Assembly: GCA_041602775.1 (NCBI GenBank)
Contig: JBFIFN010000002.1
Coordinates: forward strand, 64,200-128,199
Source: Woeseiaceae bacterium
GTDB lineage: Bacteria; Pseudomonadota; Gammaproteobacteria; Steroidobacterales; Woeseiaceae
Direction of reading: 5' to 3'
Length of the DNA: 64,000 nt
Below the pieces are notes generated by a model. The model saw nothing but the letters and a program-made list of their open reading frames with translations, ran no database searches and was not told the DNA's origin. Shown here piece by piece: positions 30,452 through 40,637 of this stretch. The translations under genes were made by a program, and so were the position numbers. Every line of letters starts with the position of its first letter. The stretch's first letter is position 1.

Positions 30452-31543
30452 TCAGACGTCGATGCGAACCTGCCCATTGCGGACGAACGGCGTCTTGACG
30501 ATGCGCGCGTTCAGCAACTTGCCCCTGACATCGACCTGGACGCGGTCGTAGTCGCCGGCCGGCACCCGTGCAAGCGCAATCGAGCGGCCGATCGTCGGCG
30601 AAAAACCGCCGCTCGTGATTTCACCCTCGCCGACGCCGTCGACAACGACTTTCATATGGTTGCGCAGGACGCCCTTGTCTTCCAGCAAGAGACCGACGAA
30701 GCGGCGCCGGTCGGTGCGTTCGCGCTGGGCCTCGAGCGATGCCCGGCCGACGAAATCGCGCTCCGCTGGCTCCCATGCGACGGTCCAGGCGAGGCCCGCC
30801 TCGAGCGGCGAAATCGTCTCGTCCATGTCCGTCCCGTAGAGGTTCATGGCCGCCTCGAGGCGCAACGTGTCGCGTGCGCCGAGCCCGCAAGGCGCGACGC
30901 CGGCCGCCAGCAGGCGATCCCACGTAGCCGGTGCGTCGGCGGCCGGCAGGACGATTTCCCAGCCGTCCTCGCCCGTGTAGCCCGTGCGCGCGACGAACCA
31001 GCCGCCCGCAAACATGCCGGTGAACGGCTTGAGCGCGATGGCCGCGTCACGATACGCGGCGTCGATGCAGGGCGCCGCCAGTTCCCGCGCCGCAGGACCC
31101 TGTACGGCGATCATCGCGAGATCGGCGCGTTCGGTCACCTTCACGCCGAACGCCCCGCTTTGCCCGCGGATCCACGCGAGGTCTTTTTCGCGGGTCGCCG
31201 CGTTGACGACGAGGCGGTAGTCGGTGTCGCCGACGAAATAGATGATCAGGTCGTCGATGACGCCGCCATCCTCGTTGAGCATGCACGTATACAGCGCCTT
31301 GCCGTGGCTCTCGAGTTTGGCAACATCGTTGGCGACGAGGTGCTGCAGGAAGTCGCGCACGCGCTCGCCCGACAGATCGACTATGGTCATGTGGGACACG
31401 TCGAACACGCCCGCGCGCTCACGCACGGCGAAGTGCTCTTCCTTTTGCGACCCGTAGTGCAGCGGCATGTCCCAGCCGCCGAAATCGACGATGCGCGCGC
31501 CGGCTTCGACGTGCTTGTCGTATAGCGGAGTTTTCGAACCCAT
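30452..31543 (-). CDS. gcvT: Aminomethyltransferase (glycine cleavage T protein)
   Basis: The internal ATG (complement of 31541-31543) gives [32 protein letters not shown].. The longer 31807 start would run through the riboswitch. Confidence 0.94.
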   Translation of the reverse strand: MGSKTPLYDKHVEAGARIVDFGGWDMPLHYGSQKEEHFAVRERAGVFDVSHMTIVDLSGERVRDFLQHLVANDVAKLESHGKALYTCMLNEDGGVIDDLIIYFVGDTDYRLVVNAATREKDLAWIRGQSGAFGVKVTERADLAMIAVQGPAARELAAPCIDAAYRDAAIALKPFTGMFAGGWFVARTGYTGEDGWEIVLPAADAPATWDRLLAAGVAPCGLGARDTLRLEAAMNLYGTDMDETISPLEAGLAWTVAWEPAERDFVGRASLEAQRERTDRRRFVGLLLEDKGVLRNHMKVVVDGVGEGEITSGGFSPTIGRSIALARVPAGDYDRVQVDVRGKLLNARIVKTPFVRNGQVRIDV

Positions 31544-31563
31544 AAATGCGGACCTGGTTAACC

Positions 31564-31596
31564 AAAAAAAGGCGGCAGGCACGAGCGCCTGCCGCC
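31564..31596 (-). terminator. Intrinsic terminator forming the expression platform of the glycine riboswitch
   Basis: The minus strand reads GGCGGCAGGC-GCTCGT-GCCTGCCGCC followed by TTTTTTT, about 20 nt upstream of the gcvT ATG. Confidence 0.8.
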
Positions 31597-31785
31597 CCTC
31601 TGTCCCTTGGTACCTGAGAGATGAGCAGCGCGTGCCTGGAGCGACGGCCGCTTTCCCCTTCGGTGGGCCTCGCGGCCTCTCTCCAGAGCTGATCAGCGTA
31701 CACGGTCCCTTTGCCTGAGCGTTTCCGAGCGAGTTGCGCCTTCGGCGCCCCGATTGAACGGGGTCTCTTCCAGGCACGCTATAGA
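31597..31785 (-). promoter_or_regulatory. Tandem glycine riboswitch (two aptamers)
   Basis: The minus strand carries two aptamers. Aptamer 1: CTGGAAGAG..CGCCGAAGGCGCAA..CTCAGGCAAAGGGAC. Aptamer 2: CTCTGGAGAG..CACCGAAGGGGAAA..CTCAGGTACCAAGGGACAGAG. Both match the conserved glycine-aptamer cores, in the leader of gcvT. Confidence 0.88.
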
Positions 31786-31875
31786 TCAGTGGCGTCATGA
31801 TAGCCAATGCCCCTGCCGGTTGCCAGCCGCGGGCCGGCTGGCGACAATGCCGCCACGACGGATCAGGGAGTTGGA

Positions 31876-33618
31876 ATGAAAACGACGGGAATTGCTTTCA
31901 CTTTGCTGTTGCTGGGCGCGACGGGGTTCGCGCGGGCGGACGCCGGCGAGGCGTTCCACGCACTGCTCGAGGAGCACTGGGAATGGCGCCTCAAGAGCGC
32001 CCCGCTCATGGCATCGATGATGGGTGACCGACGCTACAACCGCGAGTGGACCGATTCCGGCGTCGCCGCGATCGAGCAGCGCCACCGCGACACGCGCGAA
32101 TTCCTGCGGCGCGCCTATGCCATCGACCGGGACGCCCTGTCCACGGAAGACCAGCTCAATCATGAGCTGTTCCGGCGCCTGCTGCAGGACAACGTCGACG
32201 AGTTCCAGTTCAACGGCCATCTCCTGCCCTTCGGGCAACGCGGTGGCGTACAGAATCTCGACAACATTACCGACCGGCTGCGCCTCGTCACGGTCGCGGA
32301 CTTCGACGACTGGCTGGCACGCCTCGGCAAGATCGACGACGTCATCGACCAGACAATCGCGCTCGCCGAGCGCGGCCGCAAAACCGGAATGATGCCGCCG
32401 CGTATTATCATGGAGCGCCTGCCCGACCAGATCGCGGCCCAGATCGTCGAGTCGCCGGCCGACAGCCCGTTCTTCAAGCCGTTCGCGAATCTGCCCGAGG
32501 ACTTCACCGCAGCCGATCGCGAGCGGCTGCGCGCCGCGGCGATCGACGTCATCGAGAAGACGGTTCTGCCGGCCTACCGCAAGCTCGGTCGCTATTTCGA
32601 TGATGACTACTTGCCGCATGCGCGGGAGAGCATCGGCCTGTCCTCGCTGCCCAACGGCGCCGCGTGGTACGAATTTCGCGCGCGCTCGTACACGACGACC
32701 CGCATGACCCCCGACGAAATTCACCGCATCGGCCTCGACGAGGTCAAGCGCATTCGCGGCGAGATGATGACGATCATCGAGGAGGTCGGCTTCGGCGGCA
32801 CGTTTGGCGAGTTCCTGGAGCACCTGCGCACCGATCCGCAGTTCTACTTCGACGACCCGGAGGAGCTCTACCGCGAGTATCTCGCAACGAGCAAGCGCAT
32901 CGATCCCGAACTCGTCAAACTGTTTGGCAAGCTACCGCGCATGCCTTACGGCGTGAAGCCGATTCCCGAAGCGATCGCGCCGGACACGACCACGGCTTAC
33001 TACTCGCGCCCGGCCGCCGACGGCAGCCGCGCCGGCATCTACTACGTGAACCTGTACAAGCCCGAGGTCCGGCCGAAATACGAGATCGAGGTTCTCAGCG
33101 TGCACGAGGCCATGCCGGGCCATCACCTTCAGATCGCGCTGCAGCAGGAACTCGGGGACGTACCGATGTTCCGTCGATTCATGGGCTTCACGGCTTTCGT
33201 CGAGGGCTGGGGGCTCTACAGCGAGCGCCTCGGCTACGACCTCGGACTTTACGAGGATCCGTATTCACGCTTCGGGCAGCTGACGTACGACATGTGGCGA
33301 GCCGTGCGGCTCGTGGTCGACACCGGTATGCACTACAAGGGCTGGACACGCCAGCAGGCCATCGACTTTTTCAAGGACAACGCGGCCAAGACCGAACACG
33401 ACATCGTCAACGAGATCGACCGCTACATCCTGTGGCCCGGACAGGCGCTCGCGTACAAGATCGGGCAACTCAAGATCCTGCAGCTGCGCGGCCGCGCCGA
33501 AGTGCAACTCGGCCCGCGCTTCGATATCCGCGCCTTCCACGACGAACTGCTCGGCGCCGGCGCCTTGCCGCTCGACCTGCTCGAGCAGCGCATGGACCGC
33601 TGGATGGCGAAGCAATAA
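31876..33618 (+). CDS. DUF885-family secreted protein (putative zincin-like metalloprotein)
   Basis: ATG at 31876 with GGGAG upstream. Signal peptide [31 protein letters not shown] motif and overall DUF885-like sequence. Confidence 0.8.
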   Translation: MKTTGIAFTLLLLGATGFARADAGEAFHALLEEHWEWRLKSAPLMASMMGDRRYNREWTDSGVAAIEQRHRDTREFLRRAYAIDRDALSTEDQLNHELFRRLLQDNVDEFQFNGHLLPFGQRGGVQNLDNITDRLRLVTVADFDDWLARLGKIDDVIDQTIALAERGRKTGMMPPRIIMERLPDQIAAQIVESPADSPFFKPFANLPEDFTAADRERLRAAAIDVIEKTVLPAYRKLGRYFDDDYLPHARESIGLSSLPNGAAWYEFRARSYTTTRMTPDEIHRIGLDEVKRIRGEMMTIIEEVGFGGTFGEFLEHLRTDPQFYFDDPEELYREYLATSKRIDPELVKLFGKLPRMPYGVKPIPEAIAPDTTTAYYSRPAADGSRAGIYYVNLYKPEVRPKYEIEVLSVHEAMPGHHLQIALQQELGDVPMFRRFMGFTAFVEGWGLYSERLGYDLGLYEDPYSRFGQLTYDMWRAVRLVVDTGMHYKGWTRQQAIDFFKDNAAKTEHDIVNEIDRYILWPGQALAYKIGQLKILQLRGRAEVQLGPRFDIRAFHDELLGAGALPLDLLEQRMDRWMAKQ

Positions 33619-33667
33619 ACGATGCAGACCCGCGGGCTGCGTGCCCGCTGCCCGCGGCGACGCGCAG

Positions 33668-36600
33668 CTAGTCGGCCGACCAGTCCGGGATTCGACCCGG
33701 TGTCCAGGGTGCGCCCTTCAGTTCGAGGGCGTTCTCGAGCGCCTCGATGTCGGCCGCGAGGGTGCGCAGCGCTTGCAGCGCCACGGTAAATTCCTGCGCG
33801 GCAACGCCGTAAGATCCCCGGATATTGCCACCTGCGGGCGACTGCGAGTAAACCAGCGTCCAGTACAGGCTCTGTACGCGCGAGGCGATGGGCATCGGTA
33901 CCGGTTCGTTACGACCGGCGACCGTGGCGTCGCCGTGCAGTGCCACGCTGATGTCGGCAAGGCGCGTGGTCAACTGGTGCAGAACGTCGCGCTCGGCATC
34001 GCCGGCCGTTGGCGTGACGACGAGGGCCGCACGCACGTGTTGCAAGCGGTTGTCGAGCTCGGTCATGGCGTTGCCCGCGCCGGCGACGGCCCGCTGCAGG
34101 TTGGCCACCTTTATCTGGAAGTCCTGCAGCGCCTTGCGGTCCGGCGTAATTTCCGGGCTTCCGTCCAGCGCCTTCACGGTGAAGGTCTGCGCGTCGCCGG
34201 TCTCCGCCAGGACACCGTTGCGCATGACGGCGAGCCGGGCGGTATAGGTGCCGGGAATCACGAGCGGCCCTGCCGGGTCGGGCAACCAGTATGGCCGATC
34301 TTCGGGTGGCGCGATGCTGACGGGATCGGGTGGCGGCAATCGCAGGTCCCACGCGCTGCGATGCAGGCCCGCGCCGGCTTCGCCGGGGACCTGCCTGACC
34401 AGCTCGCCGGCGGCGTCGCGGATCATGATGTAGAGCGCGGGGGCCACTTCGCGGTCCTCGGCGCGCAACGCGCCCCACGACGGGTACGGCGTGTCGCCTC
34501 CTTCTTTCTCGATCTCGTTCTCCGCCGCGCGACGCTCGGCCTTGCGGGATTTGAGTCCGTCCCTCAGGTAGTACGTGAACACCGCGCCGAACGGCGGGTT
34601 CGGTGCCGCGAAGAACTCGTGCCCGAGCGACCCTTTTTCCTGCCCGCCCCACAGGTCCCCCTCGATGTACAGCCACGGGTCGCGCGGATCGAACAGTTCG
34701 AATTCGCCAAGCGCGGCCGCTTTCGTTCGCAGCGGCGTGTAATCGTCGAGGATGTAAATGCCGCGACCGAAGGTGCCCACGACGAGGTCGTTCTCGCGGG
34801 CCTGGATCTCGACGTCACGCACCGCGATCGTCGGGAAGTTGCTCTTCAATCGGCTCCACGAGAGGCCGCCGTCCTGCGTGACGAACAGGCCGAACTCGGT
34901 ACCGACAAACAGCAGGTTCGGATCGACGTGATCCTCGACGATCGTATGCGCCGAGCCTCGCACCGGGAGGTCGCTCGCGATCGACCGCCACTTGCGGCCC
35001 CGGTCTTCCGACCTCAGCACGTAGGGCTTGTAGTCGCCGCGCTTGTGATTGTCGATCACCATGTAGACGACGTCGGCGTCGTGTTGCGACGCGAGGACGT
35101 CCTCGATGAGCGACATGTCGGGGACGTTCGCAAATTTCGTCGTGCGCCGCCACGTGGCGCCGCCGTCCTCGGTCACATTGAGGACGCCATCATCGGTGCC
35201 CACGTAAATGAGGCCTTCCTGCAGCGTGCTCTCGCTCAGACCGATGGCGCTGCCGTAGATCGACGTCGAGTCGTTCTTTGCAATCGTATCGACGCCCCAG
35301 ACGCGCCCCATGACATCGAGCTTGTTGCGGTCGAGTTGCCGCGTGAGGTCCGGGCTGACCTTGCGCCAGCTGTCACCGCGATCGTCCGACCGAAACAGGT
35401 ACTCGGCCGCGTAATACAGCCGCCTCGAATCGTGCGGGCTGACGATGAGTGGTGTGTTCCAGTTCCACTTGTAATTGTTCTCGCCGCTCTCGGGATGCGG
35501 CGCGATGTAGACGCGCTCCTGCGTGCTGCGATCGTAACGCGCGAGCCCACCGTACTGGTACTGGGCGTACACGATATTCGGGTCGTTCGGGTCGAACTGC
35601 GGCTCGTAGCCGTCGCCGCCGAGAATCAGGTTCCAGTCCGAATTCGTGATGCCGTGGATGTTCGTCGTGCGCGACGGTGCACACAACGAATTGTTGTCCT
35701 GCGTACCGCCGCAGACATTGTAGAAGGGTTGCACGTAGTCGGGCTGGATGCGATAGAACTGGGTAATCGACAGGTTCGGCACCATGCGCCAGGTGCTGCC
35801 GCGGTCCCAGGACTCGTAGACGCCGCCATCGCCGCCAATGTAGAGGTGCGCGGTGTTTTCGGGGTCGATCCACAACGCGTGGTCGTCGACGTGGCGCCAC
35901 TCGTTCGAGAGCGGCGCGAACGTAACGCCGCCGTCTTCCGACTTCATCGTGAAGGTGTTCAGCGCGTACAGGCGTTCCGCGTTCTGCGGATCGACGACGA
36001 TCTCGTTGTAGTACTGCGGGCTCGTCGTCATGTACGAGGAACGCTTCTCCCAGTTGCTGCCAAAATCGATGGAGCGGTACACGCCCTTCTCGTCATCGTT
36101 CGCTTCGATGATGGCGTAGATGACGTCCGGCTTGCTGGGCGCGCCGGCCAGGCCGATGCGGCCCATGTGGTCGGTGGGCAGGCCTGCCGTGACCCTGGTC
36201 CAGGTCTTGCCGCGGTCGGTCGACCTGTGGATGCCGCTGCCCGGGCCGCCGTTGATCAGCACCCAGACGTGCCGCCGCCGCTGGTAGCTCGAAGCGACGA
36301 TGATGTCGGGATTGCGCGGATCCACGACGAACTCGTTGACCCCGGTGTGCGCGTCGATATCGAGAATGCGCGTCCAGTTGTCGCCGCCGTCCGTCGTGCG
36401 GTACAGGCCGCGATCGCCCCCGTCGCTCCACAAGGGTCCCTGCGCCGCGACGAGGACTTCGTCCGAGTCCTCCGGGTTGATCCAGATCTGGCTGATGTGG
36501 CCGGAGTCCTGCAGGCCGACTTTCTTCCAGGACTTGCCGCCGTCGATCGACTTGTACACGCCATCGCCGTACGCCACGCTGCGCTGCGCATTATTCTCGC

Positions 36601-36934
36601 CCGTGCCGACCCAGATCGTCTTGCTGTCGTTCGGATCGATTTCGACGACGCCGATCGCGTACGAGCCTTCGTTGTCGAACAGCGGTTCCCACGTCGTGCC
36701 GCCGTTGGTCGTGCGAAACAGGTTGCCGGACGCGACGCCAACGAGGAATGCGTGATCCCCGCCTGGGTAGAACGCGAAGTCGGAAATGCGTCCCGAGGTG
36801 ATGGCCGGCCCGATGTGCCGTAGCGGCAACGCGGCCAGCGGGTTGCCGTTCTCGTCGTCTTCGGCGGCCCCCGCCGTCGCGGCAAGCGCCAGTGCCAACA
36901 GCACGATGGCTGGCGAGCGAACTGATCGAATCAT
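33668..36934 (-). CDS. Secreted BNR/Asp-box repeat protein, sortilin/VPS10-like double propeller (1088 aa)
   Basis: Signal peptide. Eleven Asp-box-like motifs: TTNGGTTW, SIDGGKSW, TTDGGDNW, STDRGKTW, SIDFGSNW, SEDGGVTF, SWDRGSTW, SDDRGDSW, TEDGGATW, SEDRGRKW, TQDGGLSW. Its ATG overlaps the stop of the upstream ATP-grasp gene (ATGA). Confidence 0.85.
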   Translation of the reverse strand: MIRSVRSPAIVLLALALAATAGAAEDDENGNPLAALPLRHIGPAITSGRISDFAFYPGGDHAFLVGVASGNLFRTTNGGTTWEPLFDNEGSYAIGVVEIDPNDSKTIWVGTGENNAQRSVAYGDGVYKSIDGGKSWKKVGLQDSGHISQIWINPEDSDEVLVAAQGPLWSDGGDRGLYRTTDGGDNWTRILDIDAHTGVNEFVVDPRNPDIIVASSYQRRRHVWVLINGGPGSGIHRSTDRGKTWTRVTAGLPTDHMGRIGLAGAPSKPDVIYAIIEANDDEKGVYRSIDFGSNWEKRSSYMTTSPQYYNEIVVDPQNAERLYALNTFTMKSEDGGVTFAPLSNEWRHVDDHALWIDPENTAHLYIGGDGGVYESWDRGSTWRMVPNLSITQFYRIQPDYVQPFYNVCGGTQDNNSLCAPSRTTNIHGITNSDWNLILGGDGYEPQFDPNDPNIVYAQYQYGGLARYDRSTQERVYIAPHPESGENNYKWNWNTPLIVSPHDSRRLYYAAEYLFRSDDRGDSWRKVSPDLTRQLDRNKLDVMGRVWGVDTIAKNDSTSIYGSAIGLSESTLQEGLIYVGTDDGVLNVTEDGGATWRRTTKFANVPDMSLIEDVLASQHDADVVYMVIDNHKRGDYKPYVLRSEDRGRKWRSIASDLPVRGSAHTIVEDHVDPNLLFVGTEFGLFVTQDGGLSWSRLKSNFPTIAVRDVEIQARENDLVVGTFGRGIYILDDYTPLRTKAAALGEFELFDPRDPWLYIEGDLWGGQEKGSLGHEFFAAPNPPFGAVFTYYLRDGLKSRKAERRAAENEIEKEGGDTPYPSWGALRAEDREVAPALYIMIRDAAGELVRQVPGEAGAGLHRSAWDLRLPPPDPVSIAPPEDRPYWLPDPAGPLVIPGTYTARLAVMRNGVLAETGDAQTFTVKALDGSPEITPDRKALQDFQIKVANLQRAVAGAGNAMTELDNRLQHVRAALVVTPTAGDAERDVLHQLTTRLADISVALHGDATVAGRNEPVPMPIASRVQSLYWTLVYSQSPAGGNIRGSYGVAAQEFTVALQALRTLAADIEALENALELKGAPWTPGRIPDWSAD

Positions 36935-37896
36935 GAGTCTCCCCGTTGGGTTGAGAATTCCCGCCGCGAGGCGGCGGCCCTTGCTTCCGGCGATGCGGAA
37001 GGATCGAAAATGTCATCAATACGCGTGATGCGGCCAGCGAGTCCGATGCCGTTCGCAATCTGGATATTGAGCCCCGGTCGTGCATTCATCTCGAGAATCA
37101 GCGGTCCGTACTGGCGATCAATGACCATGTCCACGCCGAGGTACCCGAGTTCGGTGACCTCGTAGCCGCGGGCTGACGTCTCGAGAATCGACGGCCAGTG
37201 CGGGATCTGCAGGCCGGCAATCAATGCCCCCGTGTCCGGGTGCTCGTCCACGATCTTGTTGTCGAGTACGCCGTTTTGCGTCAGCCCGGCTGCCATGTCG
37301 ATACCGGCGCCGACGGCGCCCTGGTGGAGGTTGGCCTTACCGTCGGACGCGCGTGTCGGCAGGCGGACCATCGCCATGGCGGGATAGCCGCGGTACACGA
37401 TGACGCGCACATCGGGCACGCCCTGGAAGCTGACCTCGGAGAACACCGGGTCGAATTGCACGCAATACTCGATAAGCGCCTTGTCTCGACCCCCACTGAG
37501 ACTGAACTGGCCGCTGATGATGTTCGAGATGTGGTGCTCGATCTCCTCCTCGCTGACGAGCGCGCCACTGGCCAGGCGAAACGAGTCTCGCTTGCGCTTG
37601 CTGCGGCTCGTGACCACGACGATGCCGTCACCGCCGCTGCCCTGTGCGGGCTTCACCACGAAACTCTCGCGGTCTTCGACAATGCTCGGAAAGTCGCGAA
37701 CCTGCCCCTGGTGCTCGATCAGGCCGTACAGCTCCGGAACGGCCATGCCGGCCTCGAGCGCGAGTTTCTTGGTCAGCGCCTTGTCATCCACGCGCGGATA
37801 GAAACGGCGCGGATTGAGCCGCATGATGTAGTCGGCGTTGCGCTCGTTGAGGCCCAGAAGGCCGATGTTACGCAGCTTGCGAGCCGTGCTCTGCAT
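36931..37896 (-). CDS. Alpha-L-glutamate ligase-like (RimK-related) ATP-grasp protein
   Basis: The internal ATG (complement of 37894-37896) gives MQSTARKLRNIGLLGLNERNADYIMRLNPRRFYPRVDDK.. ATP-grasp motifs FVVKPAQGSGGDGIVVV and GVDMVIDRQYGPLILEMNARPGL. The longer 38352 start overlaps the upstream gene. Confidence 0.85.
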   Translation of the reverse strand: MQSTARKLRNIGLLGLNERNADYIMRLNPRRFYPRVDDKALTKKLALEAGMAVPELYGLIEHQGQVRDFPSIVEDRESFVVKPAQGSGGDGIVVVTSRSKRKRDSFRLASGALVSEEEIEHHISNIISGQFSLSGGRDKALIEYCVQFDPVFSEVSFQGVPDVRVIVYRGYPAMAMVRLPTRASDGKANLHQGAVGAGIDMAAGLTQNGVLDNKIVDEHPDTGALIAGLQIPHWPSILETSARGYEVTELGYLGVDMVIDRQYGPLILEMNARPGLNIQIANGIGLAGRITRIDDIFDPSASPEARAAASRREFSTQRGDS

Positions 37897-37898
37897 CC

Positions 37899-39416
37899 TT
37901 ACTTCACCAAGGGCGCGAACCGCCTGAGTTCGGTCAGGCGATAGCCGGTATAACGCCCGGCCAGCAGAACGAGCGCGAGTATCACGAGCAAGAGCTCGGG
38001 AAACGTGAATACCAGGTGATTCAGCCAGCCCATGCCCATCGCAAGATAAGCGAATATGGCGACGACCATGCTCCCGACGCCCGCGCGAATGGCGTCGGCC
38101 GCGCCGCGCTCTTCCCAAACGACCGACATGCGCTCGATGGTCATCGCGATGATGACCATCGGGAACAGCGCAACCGACAGGCCGGTCTCGAGACCGAGCC
38201 GGTGTGAAATCAGGCTGATGAACAACATGAGCAACACGACGACGATCAGGACCGCGCTGAGCCGCGGCACGAGCAGCAGTCGCAGGCGCTCCAGCAGGAA
38301 GCGAATCGTCAGGCCGGCCGCGATCAGCAGCGTAAAGAGGATGATGCCCCACAACAGCTTGGTCTCGCGAAACGCGAGCGCAATCAGCACGGGCATGAAC
38401 GTACCGAAAGCGTCGATGCCGACGATGTTGCGCATCACGACCATGACGAGCGCGCCGATGGGGATCATGAGAAGTACCGCGTACACGGCCTGTGTCTGTA
38501 TTGGCAGCCCGTACAGCGAGAAATCGAAGGCGCTGCCTTCGGTCGCAGCGGCCTGGGTTTCGGCAATGGCGATAGCGTCGAGGTAATTCTCCTGCACGGC
38601 GAAATCAACCTGGACGTTGCTGCCGCCCTGGACGCTGACGAGGGGTTCGCTGCCGCGCCACCACACGAAGAAGCGGTCGGGCAGGTTCTGCTCACCCGTC
38701 GCCGGGTTGAAGAACAGCCATCGGTCTCCGTCGTGCACTTCGAGCCACGGCGTCAGTTCCGCGTGGCGCTGGCGCCCGGACAGTGCGAAGCCCTGCACGA
38801 CGCGTGCGGGAATCCTGGCCGCGGCCAGAATCATCGTGGCGGTACCGACGAATTCGGCCCGCGTACCGACCTCCGAGAGCAATAGCTCGACATTGGGATC
38901 CGGCGACGGGTCGTTGAGGCGACGTAACAGCTCCGTCGTGAAAGACGCCGTGTCGGCAGAACGGTCGCGAACGTCAGAGACCAGGACGTCCACAGCGGTG
39001 TTCAGCGGTTCGTCGATGACGGGGCGCGGCGGGAACGGTGGCACGGTGTCGGACTGGTCGACCCTGTCGTCCTCGTAAACCGAGATGCGGTAGTAGATCG
39101 TCTGCGGTCCGTCGGCGCGGCGGATCGTCCACTGTGCCTCGCGGCCACCGCTGCCGTAGTTGATGCTGAACCCGTAGCCGCGCGATACCGAATTCTCGTT
39201 GAGCATCCGGAATCCGGGTGTCAGCGTCGGGATATGCAACTGCACCTTGATCGTCCCGGGCCCGCTGTCGAACTGGATCGACGACTCGATGGTCCAGACC
39301 GGCTGTTCCTGGTCCTCGGTCAGCGGAAACCCGAGGGCTTGCCATTTGTAGGTAAAGATGGACAGACCAACGGCAGTCATCAACGCGGCAAGCACGTAGA
39401 CATATCTCTGCTTCAT
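37899..39416 (-). CDS. Inactive-transglutaminase-like domain fused to a 7-TM module
   Basis: N-terminal anchor, a ~270-aa soluble domain, then seven hydrophobic helices in the C-terminal half. This is the usual genomic partner of the RimK-like ligase above. The stop lies 2 nt before the ligase ATG. Confidence 0.78.
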   Translation of the reverse strand: MKQRYVYVLAALMTAVGLSIFTYKWQALGFPLTEDQEQPVWTIESSIQFDSGPGTIKVQLHIPTLTPGFRMLNENSVSRGYGFSINYGSGGREAQWTIRRADGPQTIYYRISVYEDDRVDQSDTVPPFPPRPVIDEPLNTAVDVLVSDVRDRSADTASFTTELLRRLNDPSPDPNVELLLSEVGTRAEFVGTATMILAAARIPARVVQGFALSGRQRHAELTPWLEVHDGDRWLFFNPATGEQNLPDRFFVWWRGSEPLVSVQGGSNVQVDFAVQENYLDAIAIAETQAAATEGSAFDFSLYGLPIQTQAVYAVLLMIPIGALVMVVMRNIVGIDAFGTFMPVLIALAFRETKLLWGIILFTLLIAAGLTIRFLLERLRLLLVPRLSAVLIVVVLLMLFISLISHRLGLETGLSVALFPMVIIAMTIERMSVVWEERGAADAIRAGVGSMVVAIFAYLAMGMGWLNHLVFTFPELLLVILALVLLAGRYTGYRLTELRRFAPLVK

Positions 39417-39434
39417 GGTCCCCCCAATGAGGCG

Positions 39435-40637
39435 TCAGTCAACGCCCAGCGCTACCTTGACGGCACGTTCTTTTATAGGGCCGCTGCGATTGAACATGCG
39501 CATACCGGCCGCTCTTAGTTCTGCAATGATACGGGAGTCTGTCGCAAACAGACGGTTCAAGCCAGTCATAAAGTGCAGCATTGTCGCATTTGCGCCCTTG
39601 CGCGCCCGCTCGTAGCGGCGCAGGACCGGGCGATCGCCCGGGTGCAGCCCGGCGGCGATGGCGTCGGAGACCTGCCTTGCAAGTTCGGCCGCGTCCTGCA
39701 AGCCGAGATTCGCGCCCTGGCCCGCCAGCGGATGGATGGCGTGGGCCGCATCGCCGATGAGCGCAAGATTCGGCAGTACGTAATTGGCCGCGTGGCGCGC
39801 GCACAGCGGAAATGCCCCCTTCGGCCCCGCCGGGACGAGGTCGCCGAGGACGTGGTCCGATGCTTCGCTCAGCATGCGGCCGGTTGCCGCGTCATCGGCC
39901 TCGAGCGCTGCGCGCGCCTTCTCCGGCGTCGTCGACCACACGACAGACACGCGTCCGTCCTCGAGCGGCAGGATGCCCAGCGGGCCCTCGCGCAGGAAGC
40001 GCTGCCGCGCCGTCGCGCGATGCGGCTGTTCAGGTCGCAGGTGGGTCACGAACGCAGTCTGCTCATAGGGCCATTCGTGCGTCCCGATGCCCGCCGCCGA
40101 GCGCACGAATGAGCGAGCGCCGTCGGCGGCGACAACGAGATCTGCCGTCAGCGTCTCGTCGGTCTGCAGGTCGATCTTGTACTGCTCGTCGACACGTCTC
40201 AGGGCCTGCAGGGGACTGTCGAAACGCAGTTTCACGGCACTCGCATCGAGCTGCCGCAAAAGCGCGTCCTGGAGCAGGACGTTCTCGACGATGAAGCCCA
40301 GCTGCGGCACCGCGAACTCTTCGGCGTCGAAACGCAGGGTTGCGGGCCCGTCGGGCGACGCGTCCTCGTCCCACACGCGCATGCGCTCGTACGCACTGGC
40401 GCGCGTCGCAACGACGGACTGCCAGGCGTCAGCCTGGTCGAGCAGCGCGGCCGTGCCGTTCGCTATCGCCGAGACGCGCAGGTCGACGTCGTTCTCCGGG
40501 TGAAAATGCGGGCGCGGGGCCGCGTCCACGAGCGTGATGTCGAGACTCTCTCCGTGCTCGGTTTTCGCCAGCAGCGTCGCCGCCAGCAGGCCGGTGACAC
40601 CGCCGCCGACGACCACGATGTCGTAGCGCCTGTTCAC
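39435..40637 (-). CDS. ubiI: FAD-dependent ubiquinone-biosynthesis hydroxylase (UbiI/VisC type)
   Basis: Motifs VVVGGGVTG and IGDAAHAIHPLAGQGANLG. E. coli-like ygfB-pepP-ubiH-visC order. Confidence 0.8.
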   Translation of the reverse strand: MNRRYDIVVVGGGVTGLLAATLLAKTEHGESLDITLVDAAPRPHFHPENDVDLRVSAIANGTAALLDQADAWQSVVATRASAYERMRVWDEDASPDGPATLRFDAEEFAVPQLGFIVENVLLQDALLRQLDASAVKLRFDSPLQALRRVDEQYKIDLQTDETLTADLVVAADGARSFVRSAAGIGTHEWPYEQTAFVTHLRPEQPHRATARQRFLREGPLGILPLEDGRVSVVWSTTPEKARAALEADDAATGRMLSEASDHVLGDLVPAGPKGAFPLCARHAANYVLPNLALIGDAAHAIHPLAGQGANLGLQDAAELARQVSDAIAAGLHPGDRPVLRRYERARKGANATMLHFMTGLNRLFATDSRIIAELRAAGMRMFNRSGPIKERAVKVALGVD

